Below, one piece after another: positions 13,555 to 25,084 of a stretch of 64,000 nt of DNA (positions are counted from its first letter, which is position 1; every line of letters begins with the position of its first letter). Where the stretch lies: the NCBI RefSeq assembly GCF_018350175.1, contig NC_058368.1:137270001-137334000 (forward strand), written 5' to 3'. Under the pieces are notes generated by a model. That model worked only from the letters and a program-made list of their open reading frames with translations, made no database searches and was not told the origin of the DNA. The stretch is from Felis catus (taxonomy: Eukaryota). The position numbers and the translations under genes were made by a program.

Positions 13555-14859
13555 CTCCACATCCTCACCAGCATCTGTAGTCTCCTGATTTGTTCATTTT
13601 AGCCACTCTGACTGGCTTGAGGTGGTATCTCAGTGTGGTTTTGATTTGTATTTCCCTGATGAAGCGTGATGTTAAGCATCTTTTCATGTGTCTGTTGGCC
13701 ATCTGGATGTCTTCTTTAGAAAAGTGTCGATTCATGTCTTCTGCCCACTTCTTTGCTGGATTATTTGTTTTTCGGGTGTGGAGTTTGGTGAGTTCTTTAT
13801 AGATTTTAGATACTAGCCCTTTATCTGATATGTCATTTGCAAACATCTTTTCCCATTCCATCGGTTGCCTTTTAGTTTTGTTGATTGTTTCCTTTGCAGT
13901 GCAGAAGCTTTTTATCTTCATGAGGTCCCAATGGTTCATTTTTGCTTTTAATTTTCTTGCCTTTGGGGATGTGTCGAGTAAGAAATTGCTGCAGCTGAAG
14001 TCAAAGAGGTTTTTTCCTGCTTTCTCCTCTAGGGTTTTGATGGTTTCCTCTCTCACATTCAGGTCCTTTATCCATTTTGAGTTTATTTTTGTGAATGGTG
14101 TAAGAAAATGGTCTAGTTTCATTCTTCTACATGTTGCTGTCCAGTTCTTCCAGCACCATTTGTTAAAGAGACTGTCTTTTTTCCATTGGATACTCTTTCC
14201 TGCTTTGTCAAAGATTAGTTGGCCATACATTTGTGGGCCCAATTCTGGGGTCTCTATTCTATTCTATTGGTCTATGTGTCTGTTTTTATGCCAATACCAT
14301 ACTGTCTTGATGATTACAGCCTTGTACTAGAGACTAAAGTCTGGATTGTGATGCCTCCCGCTTTGGTTTTCTTCTTCAATATTACTTTGGCTATTCGGGG
14401 TCTTGTTTGGTTCCATACAAATTTTAGGATTGCTTGTTCTAGCTTCGAGAACAATGCTGGTGCAATTTTGATTGGGATTGCATTGAATGTGTAGATTGCT
14501 TTGGGTAGTATTAACATTTTAACAATATTCTTCCAATCCATGAGCATGGAATGTTTTTCCATTTCTTTGTATCTTCTTCAATTTCCTTCATAAGCTTTCT
14601 ATAGTTTTCAGCATACAGATCTTTTACATCTTTGGTTAGATTTATTCCTAGGTATTTTATGGTTGTTGGTGCAATTGTAAGTGGGATCAATTTCTTTATT
14701 TCTCTTTCTGTTGTTTCATTATTGGTGTATAAAAATGCAAGCTATTTCTGGACATTAATTTTGTACCCTGCGACTTTGCTGGATTCTTGTATCAGTTCTA
14801 GCAGACTTTTGGTGGAGTCTGTCGGGTTTTCCATGTAGAGTATCATGTCATCTGTGAAA
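13552..14859 (-). mobile_element. L1 ORF2 fragment, inverted 5' segment of a twin-primed L1
   Basis: ORFs 13565-14242 ([25 protein letters not shown]) and 14314-14562 ([15 protein letters not shown]) are L1 ORF2p; frameshifted. Confidence 0.95.
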
Positions 14860-15529
14860 CCCCTCTTGCACTGCTGGTGGGAATGCAAACTGGTGCAGCT
14901 GCTCTGGAAAACAGTGTGGAGGTTCCTCAGAAAATTAAAAATAGACCTACCCTATGACCCAGCAATAGCGCTGCTAGGAATTTACCCAAGGGATACAGGA
15001 GTGCTGATGCATAGGGACACATGTACCCCAATGTTTATAGCAGCACTCTCAACAATAGCCAAATTATGGAAAGAGCCTAAATGTCCATCAACTGACAAAT
15101 GGATAAAAAAGATGTGGTTTATATATACAATGAAATACTACTTGGCAATGAGGAAGAATGAAATCTGGCCATTTGCAGCAACGTGGATGGAACTGGAGGG
15201 TATTATGCTAAGTGAAATAAGTCAGGCAGAGAAAGATACCATATGTTTTCACCCATATGTGGATCTTGAGAAACTTAACAGAAGACCATGGGGGAGGGTA
15301 AGGGGGAAGAAAAAGTTACAGAGAGGGAGGGAGGGAGGCAAACCATAAGAGAGTCTTAAGGACTGAGAACAAACTGAGGGTTGATGGGGGTCAGGGGAGA
15401 GGGGAAAGTGGGTGATGGGCATGGAGGAGGGCACTTGTTGGGATGAGCACTGGGTGTTGTATGGAAACCAATTAGACAATAAATTATATTTTTTAAAATT
15501 TTTAAAAATTAAAAATTTTGGCATACTCT
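14856..15529 (+). mobile_element. L1 ORF2 C-terminus plus 3'UTR, non-inverted segment
   Basis: [20 protein letters not shown]...[14 protein letters not shown]-rich 3'UTR; AATAAA 15478-15483. Confidence 0.95.
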
Positions 15530-16283
15530 TAAAAAATCTTTTTAAGTTAAAAAAAAAAGAAAGTCTTGAAGGGCAGGGCATATCGATTGCATGTCTGTAT
15601 CCCCACAGTAACTTATAAAGTATCTTAAATATATTAGTTGATCTATTTTGGCTGAAATGTATTGAATTGAAATGGACTATGTACAAGTGCTTTTCACCAA
15701 ATACAATGGACTTTTGTCAGTATCCTTATAATATGAATAATATCAGGGAGCCCACATGATCACAAACAACTGTGTATCCTGATTAAGGAACTGGACCTTC
15801 CTTGAAACTTGGTTGGTCTTACCTGCAAGACTATTCCCAGAAAACCCGAGACCCTCCGTAAATATTGAATGAAGGAACATCTACTCTGCCTTGCTTCTCA
15901 CTGTCATCCTATTTTTCCAAATATTCTTCCAGGTAGTTATAGCATTTTCCTTTGTCTACTCAAGCAAGAGCAGACTTTCTTTAATCTCCACATCATAACC
16001 ACTGTTGCTATGACTGTCTGAGCCCGACACCTGTCTGCAGTCCTCCTTTTTCCCTCTCACCCCCAGGTTCTACAGCTTCAGGTTGTCACAGCTACTTAAA
16101 AATTTTCCTAATGACTTTGACCAAGCTATACACAGGTAGATGACAGATGATGATACATGATAGATAAATGATAGGTAGATAGATAAATAGATAGATAAGA
16201 TACATATCTTTTAAAACACTGTAACTAGAAAAAACTGGAATAATAAACCCCAAACTAACATTTTTAAAAAATGATCTATGGGA

Positions 16284-16508
16284 GGGGCACCAGGGTGGCT
16301 CAGTCATTTAAACATCCAACTCTGGATTTCGGCTCAGGTCATGATCTCACAGGTTCATGAGATCAAGGCCCATGTCTGGCTCTTCACTGACCGTGCTGAG
16401 CCTGCTTGGGATTTTCTCTCTCCCTCTCTCTGCCCTTCTCCCACTCACACTCGCATGCACTCTCTCTCTGCCTCTCTCTCAAAATAAATAAATAAACATT
16501 TTTTTTTA
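16284..16508 (+). mobile_element. CAN-SINE
   Basis: Head, CT tract, AATAAA; TSD AAT(G/T)ATCTATGGGA. Confidence 0.9.
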
Positions 16509-16644
16509 ATTATCTATGGGAGAGGGAGAAAATAGAGACAGAAGCAAAAGTTACACTAATCCAAATATATTTTATTTTGTATATTAGAATTTGAGGCCCT
16601 GTATTTTCTGTAATTATAAAACAGTATTAAATTTAAAAACTCCT

Positions 16645-16876
16645 GGGGCGCCTGGGTGGCGCAGTCGGTTAAGCGTCCGACTTCAGCCAGGTCACGATCT
16701 CGCGATCCGTGAGTTCGAGCCCCGCGTCGGGCTCTGGGCTGATGGCTCAGAGCCTGGAGCCTGTTTCCGATTCTGTGTCTCCCTCTCTCTCTGCCCCTCC
16801 CCCGTTCATGCTCTGCCTCTCTCTGTCCCAAAAATAAATAAACGTTGAAAAAAAAAAAGTTTTTTAAATAAAAAAA
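16645..16876 (+). mobile_element. Young SINEC_Fc with 16-bp TSD
   Basis: CpG-rich; TSD AAATTTAAAAACTCCT. Confidence 0.95.
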
Positions 16877-16940
16877 AAATTTAAAAACTCCTAAAAACAA
16901 AGACAAAATTTAAAACTTAATAAAAAATTATTTCACGTGA

Positions 16941-17150
16941 GGGGCATCTGGGTGGCTCAGTGGGTTAAACATCCAAGTTCAGCTCAGGTCATGATCTCAT
17001 GGTTTGTGAGTTTGAGTCCCACATGGGGCTCTGTGCTGACAGCTCAGAGCCTGGAGCCTGCTTCAGATTCTGTGTCTCCCTTGGTCTCTACCCCTCCCCC
17101 GCTCACACTATCTCTTAAAAAAAGAATCAACATTAAAAAAAATTTTTTTT
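16941..17150 (+). mobile_element. CAN-SINE
   Basis: Canonical body; TSD AATTATTTCA(C/A)GTGA. Confidence 0.9.
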
Positions 17151-18879
17151 AATTATTTCAAGTGATTTTACAACAAATAATTTGATTGTGCAACCCTAGT
17201 AGGATAAAGCCTAGAGACAAAAAAGACCTATACAAACAATTGTAAAATTGTTTTCAGTAAACATATTTTTGGTATAGTGGTGATACCATTATTGTATTAA
17301 GTATGTTTTGTGGGACAGAACGGATGGGTAATGATGTTGGTATCACTGGGAACCAATCAATTGTGGCATGGGAGAAAGGAGATAGAGGTGATGTGAGATT
17401 GACAGTGTTAAATAAAAACTCTGTAATCCTGAGTTTGAATTGTAAGTATCAGCATGAAGTCACCATGTATGTTATCTTAAAAAAAGTTTTTTCCTAGTTC
17501 TGTCCACTGAAAAAGACTAGAAACCTGATTGTAGTTCAGGAATACCATTTTCACTTAAAAGCACAGAGCTTCTTGTAGAAATGGCTGATTCCTGGTGTAG
17601 GGCAGAAAATGTGCCAAATGAAGCTGGACTATCACATCGTACCACAAGCAAGGAAGTCATAAGAGAGTAATAGGGTCCTGTCAAAAGGACTCAGAGCCAA
17701 CCCGAAGATGCTCCCACTGGCCAAAGATGGGACATTTCAGCATCATCGGCAAGGATGGAAACACATCAAATAAGTTTGAATCCAGAAATTCAAAATGATG
17801 CTTTACTCACTGGTCACTTTGGAAGGAGGCTGGCTAAACAATTCATTATTTTGAAAACTGCAAAATACAGGGAAAGAATCAAGCACAAATTTTCTATTTT
17901 ACACATGTCGTATCTCAGACGACAAGAATCATCTTTTATATAGAGAAATAAGTAAAGAATGATATAATGTAAATATAACCATTTTATAACCCCTCATGAA
18001 ATAATGGGCTTGAAAAAATCTTATTAATGACTGTTAACCTCATGCAAAAAAAGAGACATTACTGTGCCCATTTGGAAGTACCCAAGACCACTTATGAAGC
18101 AGCCACATACCAAATAATCAAACCTAAATCTCTCAAACCTCTATACTCAAATACCAGGTTACAAGAATACAAGGAATAGCAGAACATGTTAAACAACACC
18201 TAGGGAAGCAACCACCAAAATCCAGACCACAGATAATTCTACAAGACAAAAAGACCCAACTTCTTCAATAAATCAGTTGCAAAGGACAAAAGGGGAAGTG
18301 GGGCAATTCTATATTAAGAGGCTTACGAGGCATACCAGCCAGGGAGTAGAACATGGACCTTGTTTGGATAGGGATTCGAACAAATTCTGAAAAAAATTTG
18401 AGATAGGGAAACTGAAATAACTATTTCATAATGTTAAGAATTGTGGCTAGATTTTTAGGTGAAAGAAGGGTACCCAAACTTTTAACCATACGTATTGAAA
18501 TATTTGCAGATAAAATGATATAATGTCTGGGATTTGTTTCAAAAGAATCTAGGACTAAGGAACGTGGGTGGAGGTACAGATAAAACTCGGTAGTGAAATT
18601 ATTGAAGCTGAGTAATAGTTACATAAGGAGAGGTTCATTATACTATTCCCTCCACTTTTGTATAGATTCGAAATTTTCCATAAGAAAGCATGCTTCTAAC
18701 CTACCCCTGGAAAAAGTGCTACAACTTATTTCACACCTAAGGTGAATGAATCGTGTAGAGGCTTCAAGAAGTACTCCACATGGCATGCCTGCGTATCAGT
18801 AAACGCCTGTTTCTTCAAGGAGGTCAGATATTTCTAGATAAAGGACACCACAGCCTGAAGGAAGTACACATTTAGGTCA

Positions 18880-20517
18880 ACATAAACTCATTCAGCTCGA
18901 CTTTTTATCCAAAAATGCACCTTTGGATACATGTGGCTCCAAACACACCAGTTCTCGCGCGTGATCACTTCCAGAAGATTATCGGTCATCTCGAACACCA
19001 ATTATGTCATTGCAACATCTTGGAAACAATCACGGGTCTCCTGGCACTACTAAGGTTTTTCACCAGCATCTGTAGCCTCATATGTGAGGCTGCAAACATT
19101 TCTTAGGTAATCTCATAAAGAAGATAAATATCCCTGGACCCTCTTCTCTAGTATTTTGCTCATCTTTTCAAGGCCTTAGGCACACAAAATTATTTTCTTC
19201 ACCCGACCGAGTCGGCTTGGCCGGCACACGGTACCGAACTGGCAGCAGTGATGGTCGCTGCACAGAAGCAGTGGCGACAGCAGCAACGGCTGCAGCCACC
19301 GGAGGCAGGAGGGGCTCTCGAGGCCGGCACCGCGGGGACCCAGGGTGGGAGGCTGGCTTGCCCATCAGTCCCGGGAGCCTGGCTGCGGCGTCTGCACAAA
19401 CATTAACTCTGGCCAGACGACAACCGACCGGACAGGAACTGCTGGAATGCGGGCAGTAAACTTGGTCAGTAAATTATTACAAAATAAAAGTTTCCACATC
19501 GACACTGCAAGAAAACATGTCACGCGTTCGTAATCCTTTGAAGACTTTAGGATCTCAGTTTTTAAAACTGCTTCAACGTTGCAAAGCACATATCCACAGA
19601 CTTAGAAACAGAAAATAAATTTAAAGACAGAAATTTAAAGAAAGAGAAAATAAACTTAAAGACATTTGCCAGCAAACCGTGCTACATTCATCTTACCAAT
19701 TAGTAATGTGGAATGATAATTTTTTTTTACATTATTTTTTCCTTGTAGCTGAAAATTCATTGATAGGATGCATAAACCAGGGTTTTGAATTCTATACAAA
19801 GCATGAAGGCACATTTGATTTCTTGTATAACCTCCACAAGTTACAGGAAATGTCGGAGGAAACATTAAAATACCATTGCATAAATTTACATTTAAAATTA
19901 AATTTTAACTTACACAAAACTGATTTGTATGAAGAATGAAATATTTTTAGAAAAGTTGTTCCGTGAGAATTATCAGCTCTACATGTACTAAAATTTTTAT
20001 TTCAAAATAATTTATCAGACATGTATCCCGAATGTTGTCACAGCCTGTGAAATACTCTTAACAGCTTTGATAACAATTGCATCAGCAGAAAGATCCTTGT
20101 CAAAATTTTAAATTATCAAAAATTATTTGCAATCTTTCATGTTTCAAGAGCAACTAATGTCCTTTTCAATTGCATCAACTAAAAATAAAATTGCTAAAAG
20201 TATATATTTTAATGATCTGGTACATACATTTGAAGAAAAGCAAGCCACAGAATAGTGATTAATCAAGATATCACATTAATAGTCTTATTTACTTACTATA
20301 TTATACAGAATTATGACACCAAAAATATTTTTCACACTTTGTAAGTTGTATTGTTACTCATAAATCACTATTACCTCTGTTGTATTTTATAAGTAAAATA
20401 GTTTAAAAGGAAAAGCTTTATTTCTAATACTCTTAATGGCACTGTTTTCCTGCTTTTTCAGCAAGGACCCTGCATTTTCATTTTGACTGGGCTGCTCAAG
20501 TTATGTAGCTTGCCCTG
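18880..20517 (+). mobile_element. hAT-Tip100 DNA transposon fossil (MER45/Zaphod-like) with decayed transposase
   Basis: 20031-20255 translates NVVTACEILLTALITIASAERSLSKF*IIKNYLQSFMFQEQL... (hATC dimerisation motif); NLVSKLLQNK at ~19460; 3' end CCCTGCATTTTCATTTTGACTGGGC...TTATGTAGCTTGCCCTG. The left boundary is uncertain. Confidence 0.8.
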
Positions 20518-20803
20518 TTCATAAAAAATGGTGATTTTATATGTTCCATTTGGTTGGTGGGGGGCAGCTATATTTATAAATGTAAACATGGCCTTTAAGG
20601 CAGTTTCTAAGCACTATTACGTGGGAGAAGGGAAAGGTTATAACTGTTACAAACGTTCAACCAATTCCTGCCGAGCCCAGTATTACAGAAGGTGGGCAGG
20701 GTGGGGAGACCTTAAATATCAACAATTCCATCATATCCAGCAAAACTGAGGCACCAAACTGTGATTGTTTTGAAGTCACAAGCGATTTAGAAGCAGAGTT
20801 GGA

Positions 20804-21010
20804 GGGGGCCCTCGGTGGCTCAGTCGGTTGAGTGTCTGATTCTTGGTTTCAGCTCAGGTCCTGATCTCATGGTTTGTGGGTTTGAGCCTCACTCTCAGCA
20901 CGGAGCCTGCTTGGGATTCTCTCTCTCCCTCTCTCTCAGCCCTTCCCCTGCCCTGCTTGTGTGCTCTCTCTCTCTCTCTCTCTCTCTCTCAAAATAAATA
21001 AACTTAAAAA
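20804..21010 (+). mobile_element. CAN-SINE
   Basis: Head, CT tract, tail; TSD AAGCAGA(G/C)TTGGA. Confidence 0.9.
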
Positions 21011-21690
21011 AGCAGACTTGGAACTAAATCTCAAATCTCTCAAGTCTACATGGTACACTTTGTACCAACAGTTCTTCCTGATTGTATCATTAAGGGTTCA
21101 GGAAATCAGAAAGCACTCTAGGTATTTCAAATAGAATAATATGAGTGGTGACCACCAAGAAGTATGGCGTGTTCAAAGGGGCCAGAACAACAAAAGGAAA
21201 TACAGTTATTTCCAGAGCCACCACCGGCAGAAAGGAGAGAGGCACTCTGCCTTCTCCCTTCCTCTCTCCCTGCCGTTCATCTTTCCCTACACATTCCCAT
21301 TAGCGGAACTGAACTGGAAGCCTGCAGACAGAAGAGCCTGGAAAACTCAGTCTGTAGGAGTCAGCCTCCCGTGATTGAGCAGTGAAGGGCAAGGGTGAGA
21401 AGCGGATTTGAAAGCCAACAAGCAAATGACTGACACTCTGAATAAGCCAGGGAGAGGAACTTCTTCAGGTCCGAATGCCACCTGAAAATCTGAAAAGTGT
21501 TGGCAGCCAAATGTCCCTGGCAGGTCTCAACGCTGACGATAATGTACATAAAGCCCTTAGCACAGTGCATGGTACATGGTGAGTGGGGGTTAAACTTGTC
21601 ATTGTTGTTGTCATCATCATCACTGCTGTCACTATCAGGACTATTAAATGGGAAGAAGCTTAAAAAACGATAAAAAGAATCAGGAAAGTT

Positions 21691-22134
21691 TGCCAAACAG
21701 TGATGAGACCACCATTCAATGTCTGAAATAAAAAGTTGCAAAGCTTGATTTATTGATTACTAACTATAGCAAGGGGAGCTGTGCTAGTCAGGCACAGTCT
21801 TTCCAAGCAGAGCAAACTGCTGACCTTATAAAAGGTCTTTGTGTGGGGAAAGCATGGAGTGCCAGGAATTGACAGACTTTCAGAGGTGTAAGTGGATTGA
21901 CATCATCTGTAGCCCATGGTTACTCAGGTGAGACTGTGGTTGATTAGTCGGCCCTCAGAGAGGCGTTTATTGGAGCGAATCTGCCCCTGATTGGCTAACT
22001 TACACGAGGGGCTTACTGAGGCAGTAATCTTGATCAATTGAAAGGGTTTAAAATTGGTTCTCATGGCTATTTGTTGCCTTTGCTACAGCAAAAATCAGGC
22101 TTTTTCTAAGTTCATGGGAACTTCTTTATTTCCG
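21691..22134 (-). mobile_element. ERV 3' LTR
   Basis: Homologous to 29949-30370 (TGAGACCA.CA.TCAA; AGACT.TCAGAGG.GTAAGTG..TTG.CATCATCTGTAG); purine run AAAAGAAAAAAA precedes it on the minus strand. Confidence 0.8.
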
Positions 22135-22176
22135 TTTTTTTCTTTTGGTCCTTATCCAATCAAAGCTGCAGGAAGG

Positions 22177-22398
22177 GGGGCACCCGGGTGGCTCAGTGAG
22201 TTAAGTGTCAGACTTCGGCTCAGGTGATGATATCATGGTTTGTGGGTTTGAGCCGCGCACCGGGGTCTGGTGCTGACAGCCCAGAGCCTGGAGCCTGCCT
22301 CGGATTCCGTGTCTCCCTCGCTTTCTGCCCCTCTGCTGCTCGTGCTCTGTCTCTCAAAAATGAGTAAGAGTTAAAAAAAAAATTTTTTTTTTTTTTTT
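22177..22398 (+). mobile_element. CAN-SINE nested in ERV
   Basis: TSD AAAGCTGCAGGA at 22162-22173 and 22399-22410. Confidence 0.93.
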
Positions 22399-22559
22399 AA
22401 AGCTGCAGGAGAGACCTTCAAGGGTTGTGCAGATCTTTACCACTGTTGATTTTCCTTGAAGGGAGGTTTCATCGAGTTTACAAGTCTATTGGCCTGATTC
22501 TTTCTGGGCTTGTTTTTTGTTTGCTTCTGTCTGTTTTGTTTCTATCTTTAAATCATTGT

Positions 22560-23010
22560 TGACTCATCCATCAGGACAGTGGCTGCACAAAAGCACTTAA
22601 GACTGGGAAGCACGCATTGAACAACAGTAAGATAAGTAAGTATAATGCAAGGAAGTAGAAGATACTTTAGAACCCTGATCCCAAACCTCCCAGACCTGGT
22701 AATGAAACGAGTCTCAAAGGTTCTGTGAGTCTTTTTTTATAGCTAAGTCGCCTTTTCTTTTAGCTTACATATAGATTATCCCAATTCACTTGTAATGTGT
22801 AGGTATAATACATAGTGTTAGCAATGGTTCAGAATCCTCCGATTGGCAAAAATAAAAATAAATAAATAAATAGATAAATAAATAAATCCAAGGCCATTTT
22901 ATCTATAACTACTTGGCTTAAAGAATTATAACTGATCTGTTGTACACCAGGGTTTAAGCTGCATTGTTTACAGTGTCAGCCAAAGCAATGGTACAGATTT
23001 TTGTTGAATG
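22560..23010 (-). pseudogene. ERV env transmembrane-subunit remnant
   Basis: Minus-strand translation with frameshifts: IALADTVNNAA*...QQISYNSLSQVVIDKMALD...GGF*TIANTMYYTY, resembling heptad repeat, immunosuppressive domain and decayed CX6CC. Confidence 0.7.
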
Positions 23011-23132
23011 CCTCTCCTAGTTTAACTACTATGGGTAGGATCGTTATCCAGAAGGGTTCTCTTTCCCATAAAAGGTTTATAATTTTGTGCTCTCTGAAAG
23101 GAGATCTAGTCCATTTAGGATGTTAGGGAATT

Positions 23133-23667
23133 TTATTATCTGTTGTCCGTAAAAAATTATCTCAAACCCAGGTAGGTTGAAAACAAGAATACTGAGTATC
23201 TCACATGGGTTCTGAGGGACAAGAATCTGGGAGCAGCTTAGCCAGGTGGCTCTGGTTCAGTATTTCTCTTGAGGTTGCAGTCATGATGTCAGCCAAGGCT
23301 GCAGGTCTCTGAAGTCTTGAATGGAGGGGTAGCGTCTGCTCCCCAGAGGGCTCATTCACACAGTTGTTGACTGTATGCTTCAGTCTCTCACTGGCTATTG
23401 GCAGGATGTCTGAGTCCCTTGCCACGTGGACCTCTCCATAGGGTTGCACACAACATGGCAGCTAACTTCCCCTAGAGTGAATGATATGAGGATAAGGCAG
23501 AAATCACAGTGTCTTTTTTAACCTAAACTTGGAAGTGACATACCCTATTGCTACATTCTATTGGCCACACAGATCTATCCTGATAAAATGTGGAGAGGTG
23601 CTGTGTAAAATGGCATGAATACCAAAAGGCAAGAATCATTAGAATCTATCTTGGAGACTACTCATAA
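23133..23667 (-). mobile_element. MaLR solo LTR (MLT1F-like) nested in ERV internal region
   Basis: GAATCTGGGAGCAGCTTAGCCAGGTGGCTCTGG, CCACGTGGACCTCTCCATAGG, CAACATGGCAGCTAACTTCCC motifs. Confidence 0.8.
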
Positions 23668-23975
23668 TTCAACAGAATAATTCACCTTGGTCCCAGATCG
23701 GCATTGAAATGCCTGATTCCTTTACAGGAAAAGAGCAAAAAGCGGTACATGAGACACTTCAGTTTTGATGGAGCTGCAAATATATGGTCTCTAACTATTG
23801 TGTGATAAACCGTTATTATTTGCATTTTGTAATTTCCCTGGTGCAAGGACATTTTTGTTCAGTTATGTATTATATGCAAAGAGTATCATTACTGGTCAAG
23901 TTTTTGCCAGGTCTTATTTTCATGGATCCCATAACAGATCATTCCTAGTGTTCCTTTTAAGAATTTCAGGATCCA

Positions 23976-24178
23976 GGGGCACCTGACTGGCTCAGTCAGT
24001 TAAGCATTGGACTTCAGCTCAGGTCATGATCTCACAGACCATGAGTTCAAGCTCTGCATCAGGCTCTGTGCTGACAGCTCAGAGCCTGGAGCCTGCTTTG
24101 GATTCTGTGTCCCCGCGTGTCTCTGCCCCTTCCCCGCTCATGCTCTGTCTCGCTCTCTCTCTCAAAAATAAATGTTAA
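23976..24178 (+). mobile_element. CAN-SINE
   Basis: TSD AAGAATTTCAGGATCCAGG. Confidence 0.92.
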
Positions 24179-24377
24179 AAGAATTTCAGGATCCAGGTTT
24201 TGTGTATCCATCATGGAATTCTTGAACTTTCCCAAAGCACAATAGTGTGCTATTTTGCTGAAATATTTCGGTAGTATTTTTAAAGATTTATGGCATGCTG
24301 TACTAGCTTCTAGAGTACTTCTTTTACTGTGAGTCTCGATTTTTATCACAGCAGTTATTTCAGATATCAAGAAGCAA

Positions 24378-24603
24378 GGGGCGCCTGGGTGGCGCAGTCG
24401 GTTAAGCGTCCGACTTCAGCCAGGTCACGATCTTGCGGTCCGTGAGTTCGAGCCCTGCATCGGGCTCTGGGCTGATGGCTCAGAGCCTGGAGCCTGTTTC
24501 CGATTCTGTGTCTCCCTCTCTCTCTGCCCCTCCCCCGTTCATGCTCTGTCTCTCTCTGTCCCAAAAATAAATAAAAAACGTTGAAAAAAAAATTAAAAAA
24601 AAA
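24378..24603 (+). mobile_element. Young SINEC_Fc
   Basis: CpG-rich, same diagnostics as the 16645 copy; flanking AAGAAGC repeat. Confidence 0.95.
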
Positions 24604-24694
24604 AGAAGCCATCTCGTAAGTAATGTATTTTTTGTTTATTTGCTTTTTTTAAAAAAAAAGTATCTAAGATCTTAAAATCTCTTTTCTATAGCAA

Positions 24695-24928
24695 TTTTTT
24701 TCATTTTTTTAAATTTATTTTTAAATGTTTTATTTTATTTCTGAGAGAAAGAAAGAGACAGAGCATGAGCAGGGGAGGGGCAGAGAGAGGGAGACACAGA
24801 ATCCGAAGCAGGCTCCAGGCTCTGAGCTGTCAGCACAGAGCCTGATATGGGGCTTGAACTCACGGACAGCAATATCATGACCTGAGCCAAAGTCGGATGC
24901 TTAACCGACTGGGCCACCCAGTCGCACC
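24695..24928 (-). mobile_element. CAN-SINE
   Basis: Antisense canonical body. Confidence 0.9.
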
Positions 24929-25084
24929 AAAAAGAATACCAGCTATTAATTTATATACTAATTACTTTATTTTAGTCATTTGAAATGCCTTAGAAAAGAC
25001 CACACTTTAGTCATTTGCACAATTTGAACAACTGGTAAGGAATGGGATTTTACAAGACAGCATGATCTACTTATTCTTTGTGGT

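Larger units (their letters stand above)
16095..18690 (+). mobile_element. Old L1 3' end (L1MC-like) interrupted by three SINEs
   Basis: GAAGATGCTCCCACTGGCCAAAGATGGGACA and GTCTGGGATTTGTTTCAAAA...GTTCATTATACTATT...AAATTTTCCATAA motifs. Confidence 0.7.

Noticed and set aside
13565..15348. 225-aa and 167-aa ORFs as host genes or an active L1
   Set aside because: Fragments of L1 ORF2, frameshifted, truncated and inverted; no ORF1 or endonuclease
19168..19589. Stack of short ORFs over the GC-rich patch
   Set aside because: Compositional artefact; only the NLVSKLLQNK portion is meaningful, as dead transposase
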